From assembly GCA_043228905.1 (NCBI GenBank), contig JBHGNT010000003.1:23436001-23500000 (forward strand): DNA of 64,000 bases, given 5' to 3'. The translations under genes were made by a program, and so were the position numbers. Source of the DNA: Azolla caroliniana (taxonomy: Eukaryota > Plantae > Polypodiophyta). The notes beneath the pieces are model-generated. The model made no database searches and was not told where the DNA came from. It saw nothing but the letters and a program-made list of their open reading frames with translations. This document shows positions 1-13,783 of the stretch, one piece after another (position 1 is the first letter of the stretch; every line of letters begins with the position of its first letter).

Positions 1-461
1 CATACTACGTGTGGTTTTGGCTTTGAAGCATTTTCAAAGTTGTATGTACTATTGATGACTTGTGCTAGATTTTATCATCTTCCTCGAAAGTCAAGTATGA
101 CCTATGTGACCAAGGGAAACATTTCAATGTAGTGCGTGGAGTTGTGAAGTGACTCATGATGCTAGAGAGCCCATGGTAGATAGGTATATATCTTTTCAAT
201 GCCCATGGGAGACTGATTGCAATCTATGAGATGGTGCCTAGCCCATGGTGAGGATTGATCCTGGGTTCTATCAATTTTATAAGTTTGATGCTAGAGATAA
301 ATATCTTTTTAATGTCCACGGTTCACTGATTGCCATCATGAGATGGGTCCCAGCTCATGGTGAGGATCAGTCCTGGATTCTCACAATTTTATGACTTTGA
401 TGCTATGGTGGAAACCACCAAGCCAATGGTCAGAGAGAGAGAGAGAGAGGAGAGAGAGAAC

Positions 462-3400
462 CTTAAGATCCACATAAGTTCTGTGCGTAGCATGATCGAA
501 TGCCTGTTGCTTTACTTCACGCCACCTGTGTTATACAAAAGCCATGTTAAATGTCAACTGTGTAAAAAAGGCCATATTATTGGTAGAAAAGCAGTATATA
601 AAGACTATATATAAAAGCTGAAGTTCTAAAAATCAATATGTGAATTGTGTACCTGCCAGTTCCAAGCAATTCCACTGCTTGCACTAATGCAGTCACTTCA
701 ATAACTGTGAATGGTGTGCGTGTCCTCCGTTTGGTAGAGGTTCCCTGCAAATTTTGTTGAGAAGCCACAATCTCCATTGCTTTAGGATCTTGTAAGACAG
801 GATGTAAAATAATTGGTTCAATAATAGTTAGTGGTTGAATGCTAGGCGACTGATGAATTGCACCCGGTTCATCAAGTATTGCTGGATCTCTTGTTTCTGC
901 TTTATAAGAAAAAAAATCCACATATGGAATGGAACTATGATTTAGCTAATCTCACTTTTCTGGCACATCCGTATGCATAAATTACACATATAGATTAGAA
1001 TCTATCACTGCACCTGCAGACCTTTCTTCGTTTGCATGGCTTCTATTGCCAATGTTTATGTTTCCACGCTGCAATGCATACCTGAACATTCATACAAGAG
1101 AGATTAGTAAAATGGCTACTTGATTCATGTAATAATACACACATACGGCGAAAATTTAGAAACAGGGTGTTCATCTCTGCAAACCAGATGGCATATTTAC
1201 ACACTTTGCCTACGTGCACTATGTTGTAATGAATCTGGACACTAGTGGCTAGATTGTCTTTGAAAAAAGACCAAGCTAATATTTTTATTTATGCGTTGTA
1301 CGTCATAGGAGGTTGTAATGAATCATGTTATATGGTATTTTTTCTTTGAAACAAGACTGACGCAAGACAGTAATAATATCTTAAGTTTTAACCCGTAGAT
1401 TTTCGGTTTAGGGTTTAGGGTTTTCAAGGTAATGAAGAGGTACACATTTTTGGAGGTGAGTTTGAATACAGTTTCCAAATATAATGCATACACCAAAAGT
1501 TAGCATATACAATCACCTTTATCCTGATTTCATGTTTCTATTTTATAACTGATGATCAGACAACTTTGGAAATGGATTATATCATAAGCCCTAAATATAA
1601 TTTTGACTTTAATGAATCGTAACTGGAATATTGTTGGTAGGTTTCAGATGCTTACCGTGATTTAGTAGGTTTATCTGTTACATTGGAAAGTGAAGGAAGA
1701 GGGTCTTCCAGTTTCATGAGAGCATTATGGCTACAATTTGGTTCTAGCATAAATTCCAGAGAGTCTAGGCTTTCTTGACATGTAACACCCATTTGAGCAA
1801 GTGTTGTATTCTCATCAGCAATCTTTTGGCCTTCATGAAGAACTCGGACATGCAATCCACCTGCTAATAAATTTATAGCTGTGTCCATCACTGCTCTCTG
1901 TATGAAAATGAATGAAGAATTAGTAATAACAATGAGTTTGACATCAAACATTGTTTTGACAAATTTGGATGTTTTTCGAAATACGATAAGATTTTACTTT
2001 CTTTTGTACCATCTGGAACAAAAGACATAGAACAAAAAACAGTGATTTGAAGAAAGTTTGCCTTTAGATTTGCGACAGTTGCAGTTTCTGGGAGATCTAT
2101 CGAAAGTTCAGGGACCATAAAAGATGTAATGCTCAATCGAATTGCAGGTGCATCTGTATTCATATTATTGTTTATCTAGAGGTTAGTGCTTGATTCTATC
2201 TTGCATAATTCGTGACAATGCAATCTCAATATCAATTAATTTCTAGCACAGGAAGGTTTAAGGAACAAACTATGCAGCTCTGGAATCATATTGCTTGTAC
2301 ATCTCCATGATGTATTGGTTGTCTCACTTGGAGAAGATGTGATGCTGTCATCTTTACCTGAAAGATCAAATTGATTTAGAACATGAAAGTCTATAAAAAT
2401 ATCTTTACGTTTTTATTTAACGCGATCATGTGAAGAAGATACTATGTCTAGAAATTAGGCCTATCAAGCACAATTGGGTACACAAATGAAAAGATGCCTG
2501 TCTGGTCTTCAATGTTTGGAGATGGAGTCCGTGAAATTATGGACAAGCAGAATTGAAACATGTCTAAAATCAGGCCCACTGAGCACTTTTGAATACACAA
2601 ATGGAAAGAGATGTGTGATCCTCAATAATATGTGAAAATGGAGGCTTACCATCCGAATCACAAATTGCCTTGGTATTTGGATTGCCTTGGTTAGTGCAAA
2701 CCTCAGATGACTCGGAAATAGATCTCTTCCTTTTATATTGTAATTCAATTGCTTGGCCAGGTTTCTCACCAACATTGTCTGTTTAAAACAGCTATGATGT
2801 CAACTTTACATACTACAAGCACTTACTCCCAATGTAAACACAAGCAAATAACACACACAAGCACATGTGAGTGCACATAATTTTGCACAGTAAAACATGT
2901 GTGCATTTTTCATGCATTCAGAAGTGCTATATAAGATGTACCAGAAATGGTAGGGAAACGTTTCCGTTTGGATCCAAGTTGTATTTCACCTTCAGTAGAA
3001 ATGTCAAATAACCTTGACACCTTCTCTGGTGAAATTACCTCTGGTGAATGCTTATCATCACCATTTGTCAACTTACTCTTTCGTGAGGACTTTTCATGAT
3101 ACACTTTCGTTTCCTCTTCACTTGTCAATACTTCTCCACTACTTGCAGAGCTCACAAGTGGATGACATGTATCATGGATAATTGGGTTTCTTAAAGTTGA
3201 GCAAATGGCACCTTTCATGCTATTGCATTTTAAATCATTGTGATTTGTGTCTCCCACTTCATGTCCCTTCATGGGTGCACATCGAATTAAGTATTTTTGG
3301 TTCAATAAGTTTTCCATTATATTTGAGGAGACAACATGGCTTGATTGATCTATGTTCAAAGAAACAGTATCATGTTCATCCAATACTTTCTGAGCTATGT

Positions 3401-5413
3401 GATTATTATTGAAGTTGTCGGCATTTGGTGTCATTCGGTGTTGGCTATTTTCATAATGATTCTTCTTTGCTGATTCAGTTCTACTTCGACCATGCTCTTC
3501 ATTTGCATCATCTAGAGCATTCTCTGTAAAATTCCGAAGATATTTCAAGGTGTTACTTTCACGCATTTGGAGAGAGTCAGTCTGGCTACCTCCAGTTCCT
3601 TCATCAGTGTCTCTTTCTTGAAGAATTTCTCCTGCCACTGTAGCCAAGAGCTCAAAGATGCCCCAGTCATTTGCAGCCTTTTTCTGCTTTGCTTGATATT
3701 TACTTGGTCCATGCCCCTAAATCAAATATGTTTTTGTAATCTCTCTCTCTCTCTCTCTCTCTCCCCCCCCCCCCCCCCCTTGTGTGTGTATATTTTTATA
3801 TATTGTGAGTGCAACCCCATTTAGTTTGGATTTAGAAAATAACTAACAGATTGGCTGTATATTCATGAAACAGCATACAATTCTAACCATTAAACAGAAC
3901 CTCTTAATATTGAGAGTTAAATGATTCTTCACAAATAGCACATGTAAACGACATTCGTAAGATTGAAATAAATCTTTACATTAGGCGTTCAAGATAGAAT
4001 AATTGGTGAATTCATAAAATTCTTGGCCCTTAAATGGAATGTATTAATTTGGATCCCGATGATAAGTTATGTACTAATACTGAACCATTGTAGAAGGTGA
4101 AAAATGATTGGTGTTTATGTAACAATCTAAATCTTTAAAACTAAGAACTCTGAATCATCTTTGATCTAGATTTCAAATATGAAGATGAACCTAGACCAAA
4201 ATACTTAATCGTGAAACCTGAACTTAAAACATCTATAAACTCAACCTAAGCCCTAGGATCCCAACTTACACCCTAGAATCCTTGAACCTATCACCAACAT
4301 CCTTAATTCTTCAACATAAAAGGACTTCAATGTTGAACATTAAATCATTAACCCTAGAAACAACAATTCCATTCCTTAAACTTAAACCATCTACCCTCAC
4401 CTATAAACACTTAAACCTTCTATCATTTATCTTAATCCAAAAACCTACGCTCTCAATTCTCAACTGTCAACATTGAACCCTCAAATCTTCCATGATGTAT
4501 ATCTTAATCCTAAACCCTACGCCCTCAACTCTTAACTCTCAACACTGAACCCTTAAACCTACAACCTAAATCCTTAGTTCTTAAAAATAAGCCCTTACTC
4601 CTTACTCCTCATACCTAAGGCCTAAACCCTTATACCCAGAAATTTAACCCTTAACCTTTACAACTGTGTTCTAAATCCTATGCCCTCAGCCATAAACTCT
4701 TAAACCTTAACCTAAACCCTAAACCCTAAACCCTTAAACCTAAACCTTAAACCCTTTCATTAAACTTAAACCCTATGACCTCAACTCTAAATCATTAAAC
4801 GTACTAAGTTCTTCATCTTTATACCTGTGCTATCCCTCAACTCTAAACACCTCTATCCTAAATACCAGGTTCCCAAACCTAAACCTAAAATTTTCAAAAC
4901 CTAAACCCTAAAATCTTTAATACTAAAACCTAAACCCTTTGCACAGGAATCTAAACTCTAATCCCTTAAATCTAGAACCTAGAAACTTAATCCTTAAACC
5001 TTAACCTTGTATCCTTCTTGCTTACACCTATCCCCTAAACCCAAAAATCATAATCATAAATCCCTAAACTCTAGATCTTAAACCCTCGCACTTAAATCCA
5101 AAATCCAAAATCTTAAACCAATCCATATATATGGAGTCCTTTTTCATTTTGTTTAGGGGCGACTGTATAGATCTCAATCTCTAACACATGGCATGACGCA
5201 TGAAAAGGTCTATATCTCTGTCATCATATATCTCAGACAGATGATAACATAGCAAGCATCATGCATCATCATCTATCATAACCGTATGCCATCATCATCA
5301 TTCACGATTCATTATTATCTATCAAGACTTACCCTTGACGAGCGCACTGCTTTAGGTAGCGTCCCATCATAGCCTGGAAAACAGATCCTCTGTTGTCGTC
5401 GGCGTTGTTGCAT
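462..5413 (-). CDS. TRP1-like: Telomere repeat-binding protein, TRP/TBP/TRFL family (ubiquitin-like domain plus C-terminal Myb/telobox). Proposed exons: 5413-5333, 3716-2942, 2778-2650, 2357-2271, 2153-2062, 1897-1656, 1081-1013, 899(or 896)-653, 525-462. The last exon lies beyond the window start.
   Basis: Exon phases are compatible and give MQQRRRQQRICFPGYDGTLPKAVRSSR|GHG..IFELLATVAGEILQE, the Ubl-like IRLSITSFMVPELSIDLPETATVANLK|RAVMDTAINLLAGGLHVRVLHEGQKI, and the Myb KRRTRTPFTVIEVTALVQAVELLGTGR|WREVKQQAFDHATHRTYVDLK. These motifs are typical of plant TRP proteins. Splice sites are GT-AG except one GC donor. Confidence 0.9.
1405..1423. repeat. Short telomeric motif GGTTTAGGGTTTAGGGTTT in TRP intron 1082-1655
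   Basis: Two perfect TTTAGGG units, in the opposite orientation to the large tract. Confidence 0.8.
4180..5120. repeat. Degenerate interstitial telomere-like (CCCTAAA)n tract in the first coding intron (3717-5332) of the TRP gene
   Basis: Dense AAACCCT/AACCTT/AATCCT variants. Perfect run cctaaaccctaaaccctaaaccc at 4711-4733. Confidence 0.85.
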
Positions 5414-6284
5414 TTTGACTTCTTTGTCTCCTCCTTATCTCTTCTTTGAGGCAACTAAAAATATCGTCAGATCCCGAAGGTCTTGATATGCTGCTACGAT
5501 GAACTGACTCTGAGAAACACAAAACCAAAATAGATCACAATAAAAACCACAATTTGGTTAACAAAGACGCAGAATCAATGCATCAACATTATGTGCATGT
5601 ATCAATTCAATATACATGAGTAAGGAATTCATTCTATGGTATTGTAATTTGAACAAGATTAATTATTTGATTATATTTGTATAATATACAAGAATCAAAA
5701 TGATTCATTTCAATGGAATTTGTACCTTCTTGTGCTCTCGGAAGAACACATTCTTGTACCTTCGGTTCTTGATGAAAATCTATGGATCTAATGACATCAT
5801 ACTTTCTTTTTCTTCTATTGTTACTTCGACAAATTAGAGAACTTTTTTACGGTCAATTTCTTTTCATTGAAATTCAAATGCTTTTTGATAACATAATTGA
5901 TGCGGATTAAGATGGGGATGGATACGGAATACCCATATGGAAAATATGCAGAGAATGGAGAAGATCAGAAGGGATGACTAAGGATAGAAGCAAAGATACA
6001 CATCAATTAGTGAGCCATTTTGAGAGATTTAAGATGTTTGGGTTTGGAGATCAGGGATCAGGGAGAAGATTAACAATCAAGGCTTAACATGGTCGGATCA
6101 GATCAGATCATAGAGCGACAGAAGAGAAGAGATTAGAAAAAGTTTAGGACAGAGGAGAACAGAGATGAAATCAGAACAGAATCAGGAAGTGCAGGGGATG
6201 GGCGATTCGGAATCTGAGGCAGATTCGTTTTGAATGAATTGGGTTGCGACCCGATCTTGAAGATTGAGGGGGAAATTGGAGAAA

Positions 6285-6287
<3 letters not shown>

Positions 6288-6320
<33 letters not shown>

Positions 6321-6362
6321 CAAGAAGGAGGGAGAAGAATAAAAACTGAAGAAAGAAAGAGA

Positions 6363-6396
<34 letters not shown>

Positions 6397-6420
6397 AGAA
6401 GAAGAAGAAGAGGAGGAGAA
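6288..6420. repeat. (AG)n and (AAG)n microsatellites, likely CT-rich 5'UTR/TSS region of the TRP gene
   Basis: (GA)n at 6288-6316 and (AAG)n at about 6363-6412, upstream of the ATG on the minus strand. Confidence 0.7.
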
Positions 6421-6617
6421 GAAATTAGAGATTGTGAAGAAATCCCAAAAACCTTGGGCCACCGGAGCAGTCGGTCACAGGAAGAAACTACCCGAGGGAG
6501 GACGGGAAGGAGCCGGTGAAAGGAGGGGGGATTAACCGGGAGGTTTAAGGGGGGGTTTACATACATAGAGAGAGGGGGCGGGGGCAGTTAGCGAGGGATT
6601 AGGAAGGGGGCCTCCAT

Positions 6618-6672
6618 GATCTCAGCCGTTGATCTTGCCAAGTCAGCCCCCAATGAGGGCTCGCCACGTGTC
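6618..6672. promoter_or_regulatory. Candidate TRP promoter elements: AACGG-containing (MSA-like) motif and G-box/ABRE
   Basis: gatctcagccgttgat (ATCAACGGCTGAGATC on minus) at 6618-6633 and GCCACGTGTC at 6663-6672, just upstream of the CT-rich leader. Confidence 0.35.
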
Positions 6673-6830
6673 ATGGTCCCCACACCCAGCTTTGTTTTAT
6701 TTGTGTGTGTGTGTGTGTTTTGGACTCATGTGATGAGTGATGATCATCATCCCATGGCCCTATCCTCCCTCCCTTCTTTAAACTCACACTCCCTCTCTCA
6801 CTCACTACATGCCAACCACCCACAACTCAA

Positions 6831-6832
<2 letters not shown>

Positions 6833-6886
<54 letters not shown>
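6833..6886. repeat. (GA)n microsatellite
   Basis: About 27 perfect GA units. Confidence 0.95.
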
Positions 6887-6889
<3 letters not shown>

Positions 6890-7049
6890 CTGCTTGCCTT
6901 GCCTGCCACTTTTTGCTTGTTTAGTCATGCAACCGTTCGCAACCTCCCTTTTCTATAGTCCATTTTGCTTACCTGACGTTGTTTTCGCTTGTGCCGGAGT
7001 TATCGGAGCATCGACCTGGGGGTTCCTTTGTCGGCCTCTTGCAATTTTT

Positions 7050-8800
7050 TAGATATACACCCTAAACATGAACCACGTTCTGCCCTTACTTCTCGCTTGC
7101 TCTAGGGATAGCTCAAATTTTCACTCCTCCGCGAGTGAGCCCCTCGACAAGTCTTAGGTGAATGCGGGCGACGATATCGCTCGATGAGGAACTACTTCAA
7201 GTCAAGTTTTAGACCAATATAACTCACATGTCATTGTCACGCCCAAGAAATTCTTGCATGAATGTAGGCCTCGATGTTGCCAAAGTTGAGATTCGAAGTC
7301 GTTCGTTGATGCTCTCATTTGTGCATTATGGTTAGGTATTTCGTCACTTGAGTTGATTGACTATATTGACTTCTTCTTGGTGGCCCCAATTGTACATAAA
7401 TGAATGTGAATTGATATGTCGTAAACTCCCAACCCCAAGAACTAGACAATCTACCCAAACAATCCTCCCAAAGATAGGGGCATTTCTTATTAAGTGATTC
7501 CCGTATGAGAACATATTGTAATAACATTTTTGTGATCAAAATTACCTATATTAAATGATTTACCCAAAATAAGGTTCTTTTACTGATGACGTGATTGCCA
7601 TGTTGGTGGCCATCTATGAATGCCATGGTTTTGAGAGAAGGTGTTGTCCTTATTGATTCACCCAAACTTTTCTAAGAGTTTAATGGTCTTTTCAATCAGA
7701 TGATCTCATTGATGAAGTGATTAATAATGAGATTATGAACAAGTCGGAATGTATTGTGGTTTGTTCAATGGGGTCCTAATTAATTGATCTATTAAATAAG
7801 ATATCATTGACAAAATTCCCGATCATTATATCATCTAATGAAAATTTTCTAAATTTGCTTTGTTCAATTGAAGCTACATGAACATGAAGACATCTTGTTG
7901 AAAAAAGAGAGTGTTGGGGACGTACAACCTCTCCTTTAGTAATTTAAACCCCCTTGATGGTTCGATGAAATGATCTTCGCTTTTGTTACCAATCGAACGA
8001 TTGGTTAATTATCTTGAACAACTTCTTATTTGCAACAAATAAACAAATACGCCTAAGCAACATGCATATCCGTTGACAATATAAGATATAAAGTGGTCAG
8101 TGTCTTGTAGGACATGATGCCGATGGACATACCGTAAAATATACATTGCTCAACATGTTGTAAAACATGATGCAATGGATATCATAAGATACAAAATGGT
8201 CAACATGTTGTAAGATGTGTTTGGGGAACTTTTGGTTGTTGATAATAAGAATGTGTATCATTGACAAAAAAAGGCCATCTAGATGGGTACCCAACGCCAT
8301 GATCCACCATGAGAACAAAATTGATCTTTGAACCTCCAAGCATTTCAAAATTATACCCTTTTTGTTGGGCTATATGAATCATCTCATACATCACACAATA
8401 CTCTTATTCCCTTGCTAGTCATGCATAAAAGAACGAGTTAAGAAAATGATTGTGCTTTCTAACTTGTTAAAATATTTATTAATCATATAGTACAATAAAG
8501 TTATTCTTGGTTGATTGGTCTTAAGCACCTTTACAACCTTTTATTTGACACAAAGTAAGTGACAACCTTCTTGTTTAATTGTGTGGATAATTGCGTAAAA
8601 CACACATAAATCAAGCATCCATTTGGAGACAATCTAGTGACCCCAATAAAACGAGTCATGGAAAAATTGAGGCTTAGGTATTCATAAGGCAAAAGTCTTG
8701 TAAATGAACACGTGTATATCTCGACTCCTTACCCATGACATAGTCGAGTTGATCGAGTTCGAATCCACAATTTCTAGGTATCAGTTTTACACTTGCTTTT
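7050..8800 (-). mobile_element. Very decayed retroelement pol-like remnant (probably Gypsy)
   Basis: Only short broken ORFs with weak integrase-like flavour. No intact motif could be confirmed. Confidence 0.25.
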
Positions 8801-11800
8801 AGAATAATTTAAGCATCACAACCACACATTACAAGTATTTTTCACTCCACTAAAAAGGTGCATCCTAGTTGGACGCACATCTCATCCCCCCCTTCCTTTT
8901 TTTTAAATGAAGGGGCACATCATGCGCTCTATGAATTGGCTAAAATAAAATGCCTCTTTTTGTTCTTGGAAGTGTGTCTCAAGTTTTCGTTGTTGGGCAC
9001 ATCACACCTACCATTACACACCATGAGAAGGGTAAGAGGACACTTGGTAGGCTTCTATAATATACTAACATTAAAGAAGAGATCAAGTTGATAGTTTTAA
9101 TGTATGAGACAAAAGTAGCGAGCATCTATCTATGTGAGGAGATGGGTGGAGGAGAGAAAAGTAAAGAGAAGGTAAATTAACAATAGTAAATGTTGGGCAT
9201 TGGCAACATCACATCCTAGTCCATTCCTTTTTCTATTCAACATTTCCCCCCTTGTTTTTTAGTTTCCTTCTTTTCTTTTGCTTAATAGGATCTTCTTGGG
9301 ACCATAAAAGAACTAATAGAAAAGAGATCGATCGAGAATCGCAAATGGAGATATCAATCAAAAGAATGTGTTATTTGTGTGAATACCCCTGGTCTTTCTA
9401 GGGTTTAAAAAAGGGCATGCTTCAATATTATTAAAAAGAGTGGAATTGTAATTGATATAATTCCACATACAATTGAAAAATCTAAGATGTTCCCAGAATT
9501 CTTATGACTGTAACTACCGTGTTTTGTGTGGTGACAAAATATCATAAATACCATTCCCTTCTAGCTCGAGTAAATATACATCATACTCTTCCTCAATCTC
9601 AAAAGAGATTGGGGGATATGTTGCTTAGATATAGACCTTAATGAGCGGGAAAATGAAATGGGAAAATATAAGCGCCATTAAAGTGAGGTTCTTGTTCTTC
9701 ATTACAGCAATTAAAGAGTAACCCACTCTAACTATCATGCAACCTAATCACAACAAACTAATGAATTATGTTGTAACCTAATTAGCTCAAAATAATTAAT
9801 TATGATACAAGCTAATATAATGACTTCACAAATGATCATAATGGTTATTGTCACATTGTTAATGTGAATCGTAACTATAGTTATAACTTATAATGACTAG
9901 TATTAATATAAAAGGAAAGTTTTGCTAGTTGATCTTCAAGTATCATGAGAGGTTATACTCACTAACATAGAGTTTCATCAAAGAATGTTTGTTTGTTGTT
10001 TGCCATTACATAATGCTTATCTAACATATTCCACAAAACAAATAACTATAGGACCAATCTGGTTCTACTTTTGTCTCTATTTGGTCCTAACTCCTAACAT
10101 AGTTATATAAGTTATAACAAATGGTCACATAGGCCATTGCAAAATGAAGTGAACAAATTGTCAACCTTTCGCTGAATTTTAAAAATAGAAAATAATGTTT
10201 GATGAAAATCCATGTTCTTTTCTCGTAAGTATTGTATTTAGAGAGAATGTTGTAGCCTTTTTCTAATGACTGTATGTCACGAACTTGGAACTTATCCCAA
10301 CATGATTTGTATGTCACATTTGTATTTATGAATTAAACAAAAGAAACAGTTAATAACCTTTGAAGCCCAACCTTATCAAAATTCTATTGAGCATTTATTG
10401 TTTAGATGTAGAGATTTCAAAAGAGGACAAGTTTGACATCGTACAAGATTATGCATCCACATTTACACATAATGCAAGAGTCAAGCCATCGAACATGCCG
10501 AGTCTATAAAGTATCCGCGTAGAATATCCACTAACGATGTTGCACATTCTCTCTCACTTTCTCTTTGTGTTTACTACCCTCATACGCATATAGCACAACC
10601 TATTAATGTATTGATGGCGAAAATGGCTATTGGCTATTACAAATGGATTTTTAACACATGCAACACCCATATGTTTAACTAGGGCCACCAATTGCCATTT
10701 GCATCTACTAATTTAAATAATTGCTATTTAAACATAATGTACATCCATTGAGAAGTTTCATTTATCTTGGTATAAGAGTGTAAATTTGAAGGGCCAATAT
10801 GTGAATTTACCTCCTATTTGGAGAAACATCAAGGATCCCTTACATCAAGGAGACATCATCTTTTAAGTACTCTCTCTTGATCACATTCCTTCTTCTTATT
10901 TTTATGATCTACCAACTTCCATTCAATTGATTTATTTGTTTATAATTCCTCCTTTTCCAAATGGATTGCAATTTGCCATGCATATACATAACATATAATC
11001 CTAAAAGAACTCGTTGCACATGAGTAGCTCTTCACCCAAGAAAAGAGAAGATTTTATTTGTCCTCTTGTGCTTTTGGGAGCTCAAGACAACTTTATTGCA
11101 TGTGTTTTTGTTCACATTTCACTTAGTCCATATAACCATTAATCCATATGAATTTGTATGATAAGCTTATACAACTCTGACAAATAGTTTTTCTTGTTTT
11201 GTACTCAAGGGATTTTGCATACACTTAATTTATTTGAAAAGTGAGCTATGACCGGGGAATGAGAACACCAAAGACTCATGCTAGAATTGCATCGTCTTAG
11301 AAACAACAATTGATAATTTAAACTAGTCTTTGAAAGTTGAAATAAAAGAAAGACATGTTGCAAATGTCCATCCGTCATGCTTTAACCTAAGGTTTTCTGA
11401 TACAAGAATGCATTGTGAGAAATTTCAAATAATTGGTCACAAAGTGAGTTGAAATGAAATAAAACAGACTTATATGCATTATTTGAAATCCATGCTGTTC
11501 AACCTCAAAGAAGTATGGTGTGCTTATAGGTTTGATGTGTTATCTTGCAAAGCATAACTATTTTTCATGCTTTCATAGATGGCACTACAAAACAATAGAA
11601 GCTGATTATGATCTTTTGGTCCCCACATGGATAACCTTATCAATTTATATACATCAATTCAATCTCTATCTTGGGGCTATACCATATACAACTTATAAGC
11701 CATGTTGCACCAATCAACGTATATACTTTTGGTCTCTCTAAATGCTCTACCCTATTAGTAAGATTTATAAAGAGATTGATCTTGCATAATGTAGGATTTT

Positions 11801-13783
11801 TACACTCTTGACTCTTACAAATCACCCAGTATCTTGTGAAATGTAGGGTATTGAACTCTCGCTAACTTACTTTATAATATCATGTGAAATGTAGGTTTAA
11901 AAGACATGGTTCAAGTCTTCATTAATAAACCTTAGCAGCTGAACTACACTAGTTTGTTTTGTGTGTCCGCAGAATACTTTTGCACTCACATCAACCAACA
12001 CGTTGGGATACATCCAAATAGCTTCATTCTCACACTATTCAAAGTGAAACATGGGCGATTGGTCTTTTTTAGCCATGTTGCATAATCATATAATTGAAAA
12101 GTGGCGCATGCAAATTAAGTAGACAACATTTGAGAGTTTAGGGCATTGAGGACGAGGAACATGAAGTGAAGCATACATAAATTTTATAGAATTGTTGTTA
12201 CCTTCCTTCGCATGATACCTTCTACTCAGCCAAATGATCCACCTCTTAATTGCATATATATGCTCTCCATTTGAGCACATAAAACATTTTGAAAAACAAA
12301 TGAGTTGCATGTGTTGTACCCTCTACATTACTAGAGGAGATTCCCTTGAAACACTTTTATGGGTCCCATTGTCATGTTGTTGGCATGCCGAGGACGGTAG
12401 TACATCATCATCATCATCATCATCATCATATGCCCCTCTTCCCCCCACCATGTGCATATTTGTATGGTGCATAACCAATTTAAAACAATAACCTCACATG
12501 ATTTCCCATTATTGACATGTGGAATATAATGTTTTCTAAGTAGAATAATGAAATCTCGGCTTTTCAATGTATCACAAGACCATGTATGCATTATTCAACT
12601 CACACATGTAGAAATTTAGTTCTAATTCTCTAGACATCATGTGGATACAATTAAGTCATCAACTTTTTCTTGAATAAAGGTAAATTCGTTATGTAAAGTA
12701 TTATGCATTTCGACATGTCATGCGGGAATGTGTAAATGCATTTCCCATGGAAAGAAGTATTAAATGTGGAACAATCACATGTCTCTTGCCTTCACAATCT
12801 GCAATCGACGGATACAACTATTGTGGTAATACAATCGGATGACATTTATATTTTGTTATGGAATCATATGACTCAAGAGCATGAGATAACAAATGCGTAT
12901 ATTGACATATTAAGAGAGTTTGTTAGTGCCACTATAGTTAAATGTGTGTGTGAAAGATTGCGTGCTTCAAAAATAGAGTGTATAATTAATTCAATAGTAT
13001 TCCTTGCATTGGTATTCTAAGGTATTAACTGCATGTGAGCATCCTCTACGTTCCCAATATACCTATTTTAATATCATATGCTTTAATGAATTTTATCTTC
13101 ATGAAGTTGTTTGTCTTCACGCAAACACTATAAAAGCATTTAATATACACTACTATAATTGTGGTCTTCCTTTCTCCTTTTCCCATCCTATACTTACAAC
13201 TCTCTCCTAATATTTTTGGTTTATTATGCATGATGATTAACATGGTCAACTACTAAATCTTTGGTTACAAGTTTAAGAGTGCCTTAATTTTGGTAATCCT
13301 TGACACACAAGTTTGTTTGGCATATCTCATTGTTCGAAAATGTGTGTGTGTGTGTGTGTGTGTGCATCCACATACATATATGTACATGTTCAAATAATTT
13401 ATTCCCTGGAAGAATAAAAGTCTTGCATTGCTTGCTATTTTGAGGGCTACTATAATACAATGTCAATGTAGCATGGACGAAAGGGACTCATACAAAATGG
13501 CTAAATTTCCACGGTACTTAAAATAAAATATATGGTCTTTATGCAACCACTTGCAAGAGTTCTTACCTTAGATGTCTAATGGGTAATGCTTTATGATAGT
13601 AGTACCATGGGTTCATGAAGTGGAATTCATGGCTTATGATCCAAATATGTTCCTTCTTTTGATCAAATCTCAACAAATATTTTCATAGGATACGATATAT
13701 TCATAGGCACTCATGGACATACCATACTTGTAGACAACACAAGTAGTAAAGTAAATGTAAGATTAATGTCTTCTTTGATCAAC

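Noticed and set aside
150-430. Degenerate repeat of about 120 bp in the last visible TRP intron, or a possible final TRP exon
   Set aside because: No DKWKTL-type telobox continuation in any minus frame. The repeat is short, decayed and uninformative.
6171-6924. Leu-rich and ER-repeat ORFs
   Set aside because: Translations of (CTT)n and (GA)n microsatellites.
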